Shown here piece after piece: positions 24,181 through 37,692 of a stretch of 64,000 nucleotides of DNA. Source of the stretch: Glycera tridactyla. Taxonomy: Eukaryota. The stretch is taken from assembly GCA_965644265.1 (NCBI GenBank), contig OZ286463.1, positions 38,502,001 to 38,566,000 on the forward strand, given 5' to 3'. Below the pieces are notes generated by a model, which was not told where the DNA came from, ran no database searches, and saw only the letters and a program-made list of their open reading frames with translations. Numbering within the stretch: position 1 is the first letter of the stretch; each line of letters opens with the position of its first letter. The position numbers were made by a program, and so were the translations under genes.

Positions 24181-24341
24181 TGAAATCCTGCGTATCTGTG
24201 CCACCTGCACCATTGTAGTGGTCAAAAGTTGAATACTGCCACTGAGTGACTCCTACATTGTTCCCAAGTGTCCAAATATCCTCGTCCCTACCCAAATTCC
24301 ACTTTGGTGACCTGATTCCATCACATGCCAATAACCACCCG
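24181..24341 (-). CDS. Candidate internal coding exon (161 bp) of an unidentified gene
   Basis: On the minus strand: acceptor ttttttgatcAG, then 161 nt open in one frame only (GWLLACDGIRSPKWNLGRDEDIWTLGNNVGVTQWQYSTFDHYNGAGGTDTQDF), then a consensus GTAAGT donor. No partner exons were identified. Confidence 0.45.
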
Positions 24342-26349
24342 CTGATCAAAAAAGTCACCAATCAAGACTTTTCTGAGACTCAAACAAAGCTACTGGGTGG
24401 AGAGTGAAGGAATATCTCATGGGTGTACTCCAAATCACCTATACACTTTCATCTATCACCTCGTGTTATGAATATTGTATTATTTGTTGGAATCATGAAA
24501 CAAACATAACATCGTATTTCTCATGTATCCCTGAAAAATATAAACAATCGGATATAAAGAGCGCCGCCGAATAGTCGCTTACACTCTACCTTCGAAATCG
24601 CTAAGTTTCTATAAAATTGGTACCGACTCAGTGAGATCGAAATAATCGATGGTCACAAGCGTTCGGTATCATGCTAGCTCTTCATATTGAACAGATCATT
24701 CCTTCACCAAACTATTTGTCCCTGCGGGTGGTTCTTCTCCAGACCATAACCAATTAGGCATGATACCGAGATATTCGGATCTTTCGATTCACCACATATA
24801 TTATTCAGTTAAGCAACATGGCATTCATTGGCGCAATACATAATGATAAAATTCAATTGTACTATCCTGCTGATCACTCATGGCGCTATAACCGCATGTG
24901 TGTCAGTAGAGACTGCTACAGATCGTCAATGATATTGGCCATGCTATCAATCTGTCCCGGAATGAAACAGTTCTGTCTTCAGATCTGACAGCGGAAATTC
25001 CATTCGAATGAACGATATGCGTTTGCATTCACATTCACTGACTTCCTGCTTGGTTAAGAATGACTAACTTCCACAATAGTTTGTAAATACATGTATAAGA
25101 GGAAATGAACGAGGGTGATATATTCACATACTGGACTGCAAGCTGGGATGAAAAGAACTCTCATTTATTATTGCGAGTGGTGCAATCACGTACATTTACC
25201 ACCCAACACCACCCAATACATTTACGACAGTCACCAACAGCGAGGTGCTGCGTGATGAATTTAACTCAGAATATTAAATGGCAAAATATATGACCATGAC
25301 ACGCTACCGGCGTGATGGACGGTTGGAGACAAAGTGATACGTATATCCTCCATGCCCCACCACAGAACGACTCCTGTTAGCTATTACACACTAGTTATGC
25401 CAACACTCGAACATGTTACACCTCAGGTGAAAACGGTATATGGATGGAAACAAAAGGAGCAGATATGTGCTACTGAGGCCACGGTAGGTCGGCTAACCAT
25501 AACAATGCATGAAAATATATCAGTGTTTGATCATTTAATGAGCTAGTGGAGATGGTTTCGCCATCTGGTGCAGAGCTCAAATGAGATTCAACTCTTCCTC
25601 GTTATCCACGCAGATATACTGAACATGATATACACTCTGGCTACACATGCAATACACTCGTTAACTACACTCTGAAAATGGCATTCGAAATTAGACATGC
25701 TTATTTTACATGTTCTTGGGATGGTGTCCCTCGTCTAAACTCGTGACATTTCAACATGTTTGCGATGATGTATGTTTCGAATACTCCCCTGAGGCCTAAA
25801 CCCCTCAACTTCGAACATCTACTTCACTGAAACGCTTCCAATTGCAATCAGGGTCACTTGAGGACATTGTAATCCTCTCTCATCTATTGCACTCAGGATT
25901 GGGTGGGGTGAAAGAGTAGGACAGACATGTTCATAGCAATCAGATGAATAATTGATACATTTACTTCCCTGGTTTGATGGAAGGATGATTTAGATTGGAG
26001 CCTAGTTTTCATGGTTTACCCTATTGCCAAATATCTTCTGTGTTTCAGAAGCCTCATTTGGTCTATATATCTCACCCTGGACACGGGAACACTGAAGTAT
26101 CGGACCTTTGGTTGGTCATCAGCAATAACCGATATGTCATGGCTATTTAGGGCAGCTCACTTATGGCATTGTTCATGTTGTGACTTCTTGGCAAGGAATC
26201 AAAGTCCATCAACATTTGTTGATATGTTAAGCGCAGAGATGTGGATCGGATTACCATGACGACTTGCCCTCAAGAATTTGATACGGAGAGTTGTTGAGAG
26301 CCACGGACAATGATTCAAATTCCCGATTCCAGTATGATATCACAGGAAC

Positions 26350-27180
26350 GATAGAATAGAACACAATCGAATAGAATATAGATTATCAACCTCTTAATGG
26401 GGAGGTCCGGTTACCATATCTATCCCATGAGAACACGTAAACGTACAACTCAAACATACAATACATTCAATCTAACACATACATATTCATAACTATGTAA
26501 GTAAGAGTACATCCAGTATAAAATACACAGAATTGGAAAGACGTAATCTGAGAAGAATATAGGTAGGCACTGGGATGAAGTATATATTAACATAATTGTG
26601 AAGGAAATGGTTGAGCATTAATGTAAATATAGATATGCATTATTATAAGAAATTGGCCCTGGTGGGAATAGTGATGAAAATGGCTCTGACACAAGAGCAA
26701 TGAATCAGGCCAGAGTGAAGTCTAGTAAGGCAAAAAGGTTTCGGGCGACCGCATATGCACTCTCCCTATGGTACATTTCCAAGGACACAGTCCGGCGATT
26801 TTAGATGCTTTAGTAGCCGTGACTTGAATGTGCTAATAGTTTCTGCATGCACTATATTCTCAGGAATCGTGTTCCATAATCTAGCGTCTTGAATAAAGAT
26901 ACCCCTTTCGCTTTGCTTGAGTATTGTTCGTGGTATGGCAATACAACCTTTGGACACGGTGTATGTCTTTGGGGCTATTTTAAGGCATATTCTTAGAACT
27001 CTGATTAACAGAACATCAAACTGATGTGATAATCCTTGGCTCGATTTGCACATCACAGCATCAGCATAATTAAAAACCTGTAGGACAAGAGTTTTAAATA
27101 GGTGAAGAGCGTGCGTTGTTGTTATGAAGGGGCGTATCCGTCCCGTAAGATTTGACACTCTTTGGCTGCTCAAGAGAACA
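26350..27180 (-). mobile_element. 3' fragment of an L2/CR1(Crack)-type LINE: ORF2 C-terminus, 3' UTR and degenerate (TTCTA)n tail
   Basis: ORF 26766-27173 has RIRPF...ALHLFKTLVLQVFNYADAV...RVLRI and ARLWNTIPENIVHAETISTFKSRLLKHL, the typical ORF2 end. It is shorter than usual between RI and LWN, which suggests an internal deletion. The minus strand ends in tattctattcgattgtgttctattctatc near 26350-26381. Confidence 0.85.
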
Positions 27181-27459
27181 ACGGTTATAGGAACTTACCA
27201 TTCAGGCATAAGTGCACATGTGGTTCAGAAAAAGAAACTAGCACCATCGTAGAACAGTCCTTATGCTCTGCAAAGTGTACCAATAGCTCCAAGGTGCGAA
27301 ATCCCTACGGAATAAGTTCTGTCATCTAAGATGATGGACACAAGTCCAGTGAGGAGTTAACAACTATTTCGTTCCTCCTTGTCATACAGGATAAAGCTTG
27401 TCTCGAGCTGGATTCGGTTTCCTTGTGAATATATTCGCGAGTTCGAAAAATATTGTGTT

Positions 27460-27570
27460 GATTTGATTTGATTCAAATAGATTTGATTTGGTTTGGTCGT
27501 TGGTTTGTGAGAACATTTTAGAGGAGAGGTACACGATAGGTATTCGAACCAAGTAACTAGCAAATTGTGG
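27460..27570 (-). mobile_element. Possible truncated tRNA-derived SINE remnant with an (AAATC)n tail
   Basis: Minus strand GGTTCGAATACC (B-box-like, ~27539-27550) followed about 50-90 nt later by aaccaaatcaaatc...aatcaaatcaaatc. No A box or tRNA fold is recognisable. Confidence 0.3.
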
Positions 27571-27594
27571 TTTGTGAGAATAGTTTCACTCCTC

Positions 27595-27662
27595 ACATAC
27601 TCTACAGCCTGTGGGCGCCTAGAGCAGACATACTCTCCAGCCTGTGGGCGCCTAGAGTATGT
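27595..27662. repeat. 33-bp tandem duplication bounded by a 10-bp inverted repeat
   Basis: CATACTCT(A/C)CAGCCTGTGGGCGCCTAGAG at 27596 and 27629; outer ACATACTCTA...TAGAGTATGT. Confidence 0.85.
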
Positions 27663-28330
27663 ACGGGTGTCTTATCTCATTTCTAATACCACCCTCCAAA
27701 GGGCCTTTTATATTTTGTTAATGCCAAATGGCAAGGCCATTCCTATTCACACAATTCTGATTTATATGACTCCAGGACAAACGCACAGATATCGGATCGC
27801 ACAAAAACTGATAGATACCCTGCCAGCTGGTGCACGCGCCCGGTGAATAGAGGGGGGGGGGGGGGTACACGACAGGCATTCGAAATGGGTAACAAGCAAA
27901 TTGTAGATTTCGTCCAAACGAAAATATATTGGTATGATGAAGGAAGAGGGTCAGCAGCAATATCACATCATCATGAAATGTGTATAGCTGTATTATCAAC
28001 ACATCCCATTGATATCAGCTGCAATGTCGTTTATAACAATATCTGGTGCGTGCGCTCGATGTTATGTGTGCGTGTTGCACAAAGGCGGTGCTCCTCACTG
28101 GGTGATGAATGGGAAAGCACATCGTGTCAGCGTCGTTTTGACGCTTGTCATGCGCATCAGATCAGCACCATAACGACATGCCTCCGTCAACTGGGCTATC
28201 CCGAATAGAAAACGAATCCATTATGCTCCTGCAATAAATATAAGTCAGCCATTCACAAGTAGAAATTATTTTCATCACAATCATTTCGATCATATCCTAT
28301 TGTCAGTATAAGATTGATCTATGGTGAAAA

Positions 28331-28770
28331 TGATCATTCTCTAAACACAATATCAGGAGTATTGAAGTGATGATCATTCTCTAAACACAATATCAGGAGT
28401 ATTGAAGTGATGATCATTCTCCAAACACAATATCAGGAGTATTGAAGTGATGATCATTCTCTAAACACAATATCAGGAGTATTGAAGTGATGATCATTCT
28501 CCAAACACAATATCAGGAGTATTAAAGTGATGATCATTCTCTAAACACAATATCAGGAGTATTGAAGTTATGATCATTCTCTAAACACAATATCAGGAGT
28601 ATTGAAGTGATGATCATTCTCTAAACACAATATCAGGAGTATTGAAGTGATGATCATTCTCTAAACACAATATCAGGAGTATCGAAGTGATGATCATTCT
28701 CTAAACACAATATCAGAAGTATTGAAGTGATGATCATTCTCTAAACACAATATCAGGAGTATTGAAGTGA
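28331..28770. repeat. 40-bp minisatellite, 11 near-identical copies
   Basis: TGATCATTCTCTAAACACAATATCAGGAGTATTGAAGTGA x 11 with isolated substitutions. Confidence 0.98.
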
Positions 28771-29329
28771 GATTACATATATGGATAAATGATTAGATGT
28801 GAACATATATGGATAATTGAATGAAAAAAATTGAATAAAAGAAATGATATGAACTTGACACGTCATTCGTTCATACGATTTTCTTCATATATATATGAAA
28901 ATTCATATATAATCAAAAAAAGCTTTTGAACGGAGGTATTCCATTGTGATGCTTCCCGGAAAGCTATATCTTTTGAAGAGGAATCATATGTTTTGAGAGT
29001 GTTGATGCATCTGTTTTTTTCGCCACATGTCACGTGAGATGGACACGAACTAGGTTTTTTCCATCGATTGTTCCTTCAGGTAATGATGTTCGACTAGCTT
29101 GTCAAGATATTCCAGGGCAAAGTTATGCCCAGCTTCATTCAGAAGTAGACGGATCGTGTACATAGCTCGCTTGGTGTAGGTTTATTCGCTTTATACATCA
29201 TTCTACAATTGAATGACTGGTTCGATCATTCAGAGAAAAATAACGTATCTCATAATTCTGCGTGTTCGGCATTATTTTCATGACTTCATTCGCCAATGTC
29301 ATGTTCAGATGCTGCACAAGTCTGCTATT

Positions 29330-30200
29330 GCCAGGCGACCTTCTCACTTCCGGGACTAATCGAGTGCAGAAGTTGATGACTGGCAGTAGGTGCATTTGAT
29401 AAGCGATGGTTGTTATCGATTCTGGCAGTTGAAATATACACGTCATTCAAAAGTAGACCGTTCATTACTCGGAATCTAATCAATCAAGCAGATCATCTTT
29501 CTGCCTGCATTGATTCTCGATAAATCTGCAAGCTTTGATCGCGTCCAGTCTCATCTTTCTCTCGATGAAACATGTCGCACTTCAATACTTGACGGTGATT
29601 GAGGTACATAGGTTTCATTCGCCATGACTCGCCTTTGAGTCAGCTACTGTGCAAAAAGTCAGACGAATTACATATGGGCTGGTTCAATGGTTTACATCCT
29701 CAAACTAGCGCTGATATAATCCATCGGTGGGCAAGCCTATTTTTGCCTCGGGGCAAATTGGATGGTCAGCATTATCTCAGTAATTCACTTTCTCTCGGCC
29801 TCTGTCTCGCCGGATTAAAAAGGCAATCGTGATCACCGTCGTCATCATCATCGCCATCGTCATCTATAATTCCTTCTCCACCATCGGTGATGATCACTGG
29901 CTGCCTGTCCATATCGCTGGTACCCTGCGATTTCAGGCGTTGGCATTCCTCGCATGTCTTTTCTCTCTCGGTAGACATCATCATCTATCAAGCTACATCC
30001 TCCACTCCGGATGTTGACCCAGGACAACCCGCGGACAGCAATGCTGCCTTTCGAGGTGGTTTTTGTGATCTCCGTTGGAGATCACTATGCTACCACCTCT
30101 CTGCTCGAAATGCCTTCTACCTTCGCCGATTATGCAGTTGAAACTGTCCATCATCAACGGATTTTTGGTCCAATCTGTGTGAAAAGCACGAATTATGTAA
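29330..30200 (+). mobile_element. Decayed L2-clade reverse-transcriptase fragment
   Basis: Ordered motifs RHSKVDRSLL (29441; cf. HSTETAL), LDKSASFDRVQSH (29516; cf. LDLSAAFD.V.H), ITYGLVQ (29676; cf. GVPQG), IGDDHWL (29886; cf. YADDTQL) and GGFCD..W....H..RNAFYLRRL. The fragment is frameshifted, with a (CAT)n tract inside. Confidence 0.6.
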
Positions 30201-31589
30201 ACTAACACAATTTTAACATGATCTATTGATCAGATGAACAACAATTCGAGGAAATGTAGCGATTATGTGATAGGCATTTCTCCTTATGCTCGTTTTTGTT
30301 GCCGATCACCGAGGCACACAGATATGATCGCTCAGAGATGTGTAGCTGCGCACAAATAGAAAATGCCTGTCAATCAAGCCCTCTGGACACGCCCACTTCG
30401 ATATTGACATGTTTATTACGTTCTGAGCTGGGACTTCTTTCGCCAAATCATCCATCCGTCCATCCATCCATCCATCCGTCCACATCCAGCTATTTAGCTA
30501 TCTATCTATTGGATCTGTATTAGCTGCGCACAAATAGTGAGTGAGTGTTTTGGTTGATATGATAGTTTGTAGGGAGTAAAAATATTTCTTCTTCTTCGCA
30601 CCTCATTACCAGTTTTCATGGATCACTGCGCCAATGTATAAATGGAAGTGTGGATAGCGCATGTAAAACCAGGCGATCAGAGATTGGCACTCGTGCTTCT
30701 TAGCACGAGTGACGGCGATTTGACGAACTGTCTCTCTCTCTCCCCCCCCCCCTTCTCTCTCTCTCTCTCTTGGAGATCACTCAGCGCACGTGGGCACTCT
30801 TGTTGCATTTTGGGTGCATTATTGTGCTATCTCAGTGAACACATTAGCTAATGTAGGTGAGCTGGACTGTGCCTAAAACTTTCAAAGTTATGATGGATCA
30901 AAAGATCAAACGAAGATCACTAGGATCTTTGAAAAGGAACAGATGTGATTGTTCAAGACAGGTGCTAAACACTGATTGCCTACCTCGAGCACGTGGACAA
31001 CCACCTCTGCTGGTGTAACCACTGTAAACTCGAGAACGCCACTGTAAATTCGAGATGACTCTGAGAACCGTCACTGTCAAGTGAACTCACCCAGTGTTCA
31101 TGTGACGAAATTCACCCGTTTCTAACGCAAATTGTCTACCGTAATAAAATCCGGATACATGATTGGTGGTTAGCGATATCATATCCTCGAAATAGTATCT
31201 CAGGAGAGACACCTATCGGCATCTATATAAGGGCAACTTGCAATGTGAGCTTTACTTCTGCACATTCACCCCGAAGGCCGCTGTCTCTGGATCTGAAGTC
31301 TTGCACAATTTGCAGATACTCTCCGTAGTACCTGAGAATATCGCTACTCCCTCTGGTTCTATGGGAAGCCACCATCATAATCCCCCACATGAGTTAACAA
31401 CTTGACAGGTCAGTAATTGTGAGGTGCTTTTCGGTGAATGGATGAAAGCCTGTTGAACGTGGACTCCATTGCCAACTTCATATGCTTTAATTCATCCGAC
31501 AATTGTGTTCAAAGTGTCTGCTATGTATAAAAATGTGTCTTGTGTCCAAAAGTGTCTATTTTCACAAAATGAGATGTCTGTGACTCATA

Positions 31590-31900
31590 TATTCGATGTG
31601 AATTGAGTAATTGTCCATTCTGTCTCATAAAATATGGTATCCAGTATTCCTAATATCCGTGATCTGCATTGAGACAAATGGGGTTGTTGAGTCGATCAAT
31701 GTTGTGTAGAAAGCTTCAAAAGCGTCCTGCATGCCTGAATGCTTCTGTTAAAGTAGGACAAAACTGCTCTCAAAATAGTGTATTCTTCGATGTGGATTGA
31801 GTAATTGTCCATTTTGTCTCATGTAGAAAGCTTCAAAAGCGCCCTGCATGCCTGAATGCTTCTGTTTAAGTGAGACAAAACTGCTCTCAAAAAAGTGTAT
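31590..31900. repeat. Local mosaic duplications (117-bp period)
   Basis: TGTAGAAAGCTTCAAAAGCG.CCTGCATGCCTGAATGCTTCTGTT...CAAAACTGCTCTCAAAA at 31705 and 31822. TTCGATGTG.ATTGAGTAATTGTCCATT.TGTCTCAT at ~31592 and ~31786. Confidence 0.85.
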
Positions 31901-34900
31901 CCTTTCAAACACTGATGGTTGTCTAGGTTTCCAGACTGTAATCGACATGTTAGCTAGACGCCGGCATTGATCAAAGGACATGTGGTGTTCCCACGCCCTG
32001 GTTTAGATTCACTGACCATTTTTGTCTTTAAAATCATATCAAAGACTCGGTTTTTGGATGTTTCGCACACAAAACGCCGTTATTGCACAGTATTTCGTGA
32101 CTTTTGATAGCCCAACGTTGTTTTTGTGAAATCTCGTTGTCATGGAGACATTTTTGAAGCATATAGATATAAGAATTTCCGAAATTTGCATTTTCTGTTG
32201 TTTCATGCTGTCATGAAATCCTCTGCCTACCCGTCTGTGATACAGTATCTATTCGTGTGGGATATGACACATTTCAAAGGGTTTGTGACCATTATCTGCA
32301 TAGATATATTGCATCTCTACAAGTTTTTGTTCTGTGGAATCAAGACCACCTAGAACCACTCTATAATGCTCGTAGAATACGTTTGCAGTTCATGTACTGT
32401 GTCCTGAAATGTCAACAAAGCATGTGACCTACCTTTCGTACTTGGATCTCTGTAGAAAGACCAACCTCGAATTTGTGAATATTCTTGATTTTCCTTGATT
32501 TTTCACACTCACAGTTGATTTTTAAGGTGTTCAGACCAAATTCTGGCAATTCTGGCTTTGTCTGTTACATGTGTCCAGGTTTGAACCTAACCAACCAAAA
32601 CCAACCACGAATAACCATCTCTGGATGAACCAAACTCATAGTTAGTCTACCAGCTATGTTCGAATCCAATGTTGTTGCATCTGTGAAATTCCTAGTTGAT
32701 TTGGCTCTTCAGATTTCATTATTGTGAATTTTTTCGCCCCCAACCAATTTCATAAATTCATTCTATCTATATTTCATGCAACATATATTGTTGGCAATAC
32801 TGTCATGTGTTATGAGATGGCATATGAAGTCTCTACCTTGAGAACTCGATGTGTGACGGATTTCCCTAGCATTTGACCCCATTTACCAGTATACTGCATA
32901 TTTTCCAGAAATGATCAAATTCATAAATTTTCTGAATTGATCTGGTTTCATACGCTTTACTGGTCACAAATATCTATATCTAGCTGTGCTGAGTTTCTCA
33001 ACTTTCTAGCTTCAATATTAAGCTCAGGAGAATTGATTTTCTATTTTGTGCTTATTTGTCAGCCGTGTTAGAACCCATCTTGTATTCTCACAATTTTGGT
33101 TATTTCAATTCGCAAGTCATCCCAAATGAAAGCCTGGTGATTCAAATAGTGTGTGTGAGAATACCAGCTTTGTAACTCTTTAGAGTTGGGCTGCAGTGGC
33201 AATTCTATATTTGGCGGCCATCTTGAATTTTTTTGCTTTCAACTGAATTCATGAATTTTTCGACTTTTGACCTTCTGGGAACATCACAGTACATCTACAA
33301 TGACTGCAAGACACATTATACACCCATTCCATTTCGTGAAACCACACTTTTAGCTCTAGCAGTGCTTTTCAGTCATCTTAGCCAATTTAGCTTGTCAGAT
33401 TTCAGCCAAATAGCCTTTTCGTCTTCTTGTCTTGTGTCTCAAGAAGTATGTGGCTACGGAATGAACAAGAACAGTTAGAGAATTCTTGTCACCCAGAAAT
33501 AAGTAGTGAACTTGTTGAATTCCATTCGGAATTCGATGGATTGCCTGCCTCATGGGTGGTCCTTACTGGGTCTCCACACGTGGCCAGGTGGGAGTTTTGA
33601 CTTTGTTTACAATTGATGGCTCTCTCAGCACAACATGACACTTGCTATTTCTCAATGGAATTTATTCAATTCTTGCGATTGATAGTGAGTAGTTCTTTTG
33701 GAAATGCACTTATACAATCGAGAGATTCAAATTTCTTGATTTTGCAAGCAATTTCTTTGTGGAATCACTTAGGAGAATTTCAACAAATAGGAATGGCAGA
33801 ATCAGTCCACAGTCATGTCAACTGGATTTATAGCTGAACTTTGTCTGTTTTTGGATCCTGATTCAGGCTATTGTTCTGCTAATGCTAACTTTAATCAAAA
33901 CAAAGTTCATGCAAATCAGCAAGGTGCTTTTTTGTTAGAATGATCGTTGTTGACATCAATATCGCTGGTAATCACTTGATCAGAAGTAGTCTTGGCTCAA
34001 CAAAATACTCTTGAACTTGATTGCCTCAACTCTGGTTCGTCTTAACTGATTGAGGGAGTTAGTATGAACAATATAGAACCCTATTTCTGCCATTTAGTTA
34101 CTGGATACATAGAGCATTGCCTTAACAGGAATGTTCATTTCTCTCAACTATAGTCTCTTCGAATGAATTAGGAACATTACAAAATACCAAAAAAATAGCA
34201 AACTTAAACGATATAACTAAATATTTGACTTAGTTACATACCACACATGGATGCTGAGGGATTTTGGGTTTCTTCTTTTTCCTGTAGTGGCAGCATGCAT
34301 GCCACATCTTACTGGTCGTCAGCCGAATGATACTGGTCCTAGAAGTCATGATGTAGCCTTCGGGGCGGAGATACCGGTGTTAGTCGTCAGCCGACGAGTG
34401 CAAGGTAGTTTTGCAAATTGGTATTCACCATATGGAGTAACCTCCAATGACTTAACATTCAGCCTGAGCGATAACCAGATGTCCTTGTGAGAGTTAGTTT
34501 ACCTAGGCCGCATCACCAATGGTTTGTGTGATGAACCATAGAAGTGAATTTCCAGTTGACTTTGTTCACTGTTGTGAACCCATTTGAGTGACATTGTTGA
34601 TTTTCTGGACAGAGTATGAGTACTCTTGTCCCGGTTGATAGTCTCCAAGCTTCACTTGGGAATATTCCTATCTACAGTATGAACTTATTAGTCAAATCAA
34701 AGCATGTTGAATCGTGAACTCTATTCTGTGAACACTTCCTTGGTTTTGAGTTTCAATTTAGATTTTGAAATTTGAATTTGAATTGCGAATTCGAATCTGT
34801 AGTCTCGAGTGTCATTCGTCTTCATCATCAAATTTTTTCCTAAAAACCTGTTGAACTCTTTTCAGCTTCAACGGTCTGCCATGTGAAGGTGAGTGAATCA

Positions 34901-37692
34901 GCGATATGAGTGTTGTGTGTGCTTACACAGGTAGCTTGCTTCAGTCAGAGCTTGACTTGTAGGTGCATTCTCAGTTAACTTGAGTGCCTCCTGGTGTCTT
35001 CTTTCACTCCCTGGCTCATTGCTATGAAGATTATCGCTTGACAGTGACCGACATCACTTCAACTCACTTTCTTGATCCCGAAGATAGACCTTGAAGATTT
35101 CCAAGTCGAACTTGGTCTGATGAAGGTAATGTAGTGCGAATTAACTTTAAACCACACCATCCACTCTGTGTAGTCTTGGGGAGTGTTTAGTTTCGATATC
35201 TGCTCAAGAGAAGTGATGCACTAGGTTGTAAGTCTGAGACGATTTTCCCTTCTTCATAGCGTATCATTATTTGAACTTATAATCTCAAAGGATCTTCACG
35301 CCTTGGGTATATGAGCTCACTTGGGGTAGTCAAGTTGGGATCTTTGATCTTCATCCATCATCATTCATCATAGAACCCTTCAGTCCTTCACTCACACTAA
35401 CCATGTGCACTCCCTTGCATCCGTACTCCCATTTCGAATGAATTTTGGTGCGTCTTGATATCACATTTTGTAAAATGATGATGGTGGCGGGTCGAGATTA
35501 GATAGGTTATCGGTATCTCTCTTCACCTTTTTTTCTCGCAGGGATGATGGTCGGGTTTCACACGGTAGTATGATGACCCCAAATGTTAATGCATCTTATT
35601 CATATCGGAAAATCCGTCGCAACATGAGCGAAAGAACAACAATGACACGCCATCGATCCATCAAATGATTCAACGAACGCCACAGTCTCTTTCATGGCTG
35701 ATATTAAGAATCTGCCCAGCAAGCGCAGGCTAGCCATTCATGCCTCAACAAAACCGCGATTTTTGTCGGTTCTTATATTGACAGCTATATTGCGAATAAA
35801 TTCAGAAAATATTTGGCTAATGGTAAATTATTCTGTGATGAATGGCATGCCTTAAATCTTCATTGAATAACTCCTGCAACTGATCTCCTGACTAATCTGG
35901 GAGATGATGATAAAAAAGTACAAACTAACTAATCAGGAATAATTGCTCCAGCCAGCTATGTATCACACCGTTAACATTCGCCCGTGAAATCCCCCAAGAA
36001 ATGGCTTCTCGTGTAGATAGCTGATAGTTTGCCTATAGCAGTAAAGTCACTATCAATAAGGTGGGTTCCAGACACACTAGTTTGGATTTGACAGTGCTTT
36101 GACTAGTTTAACGTGGATTTGCGATGTCCCTGTGATAGTAGTTCAGGACATAACTCATTTAAAGGCTGGTCTGAAGGTGCTAGTTCACGACACATTCAAC
36201 ACATTTGTTAGACATTCTTCGGGACCGATGCATTTCCCCGTTTTTTCTGGGCTGAGAGTATTGCTATCAAGAAGTATTTCCCCTGTGCCAAACCCTTCTA
36301 ATTCTGAGCATGCCCCCACTTTTACATGTGAACACAACTGAATACCAGACATTTTGTTGTTGGCTGAATCAATGGCGCTATCTCTTGACATATCATTGTG
36401 TATCTTTTCGGAAGAGGCTTCCAAAAAACTTCACCCCCTTGCTCGGGCCTCACAAATCCGGTTATTCTGCGGAAATACAAGACACATTGTGGGAAGATTT
36501 GTGATAATAGTCATTCAAGCAAATACAGCATCGTCCCCTGTGATAGTTTATAGTTTATCCAAAAGCCAAAAACAACATTGATGCGGAATCAAAGATGGCA
36601 GAATAGGTTGTATAATGTCATCATTGCCTGTGACAGATGAGAAGCTTATTTCTACGTATGCTATGCTTGTCTGAGGAAGTGTGTGTGTAGCATTGGGTGA
36701 TCTGTTACCGAGCAGTAACTCATTATGATTGATGATATATACAGGCACCAGTCAAGGTGCCAGACATGCTGCATCTTGGCGGCGTTATTGCCCAACATGC
36801 TCCATTAACCCCAAACTAGCACAGACTGGCCCGTACGACCATGCGATGATGTACATTCAGACTGGCAGCATTGCTCGAATCAATGAAATAGCCTCATGGC
36901 AACAAGTATGACCACTTCCGTCTTTGGCCTGGTTATTCGATTCCAATCTGATTGACTTTCAATGTGTTATTATCCTCGTATATATGATCAAGCGAATTGT
37001 GTTCTCACCATATGCTCTCGACGATAGATAATGTAGTTGTGCGTTGATAATGCAAGATCAGTGATGAACTGCTGGGTATTCGGCCCCCAGCATTTTCAGG
37101 AAGTGATGGACGCGAGGAGGTCATGCATGATTGAATGGCCAGTGGATTCCTCATAAATATATTTCGAAAAAGGGTGATCTGGTTGTTTGCCTTGGTCATA
37201 ATGACAAAGCAAACATGCTCATCGGTATTAATTGAATTTCCTGGCTCAGTAAATGAAATGATCTGCTACATCAGTAAACTGATATGTGTGAACATTCTTC
37301 AAGTGACTTCTGATGTGTAGGGCCTGCCCTGGTGATGGTCATGGGCACGAAAAGCTTACCACTCACTTTGGCAGAGACTCGCTCTCATAGTTAATTTTCC
37401 ATACTCAACAATCCCAACAACTACAAGGGATTCAGGTTGCATGAGTGCCACTGAAACTACTCTTAATATTACCCATATAGCCTCCGCTTCTGATCCCGAT
37501 AAACACTTGTCATGGTGTCCTCACTTCACCCTTATCCTGATCTCTTTCATCAATATCAGTTACCAATTATTTAATCCAGATTTGTCGGAGCAAACTATGG
37601 GTGGTATGCCCTTCCCCGTGATCAACGTCAACATTAAAGCACAGCATTGGGGAAATTTCATATACATCAGTGATGTCACTTCCTCAAAAATT

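Noticed and set aside
25290-25480. TRTCYTSGENGIW...DMCY, reminiscent of a sushi/HRM domain end
   Set aside because: Interrupted by stops on both sides, and too short to support even a pseudogene call.
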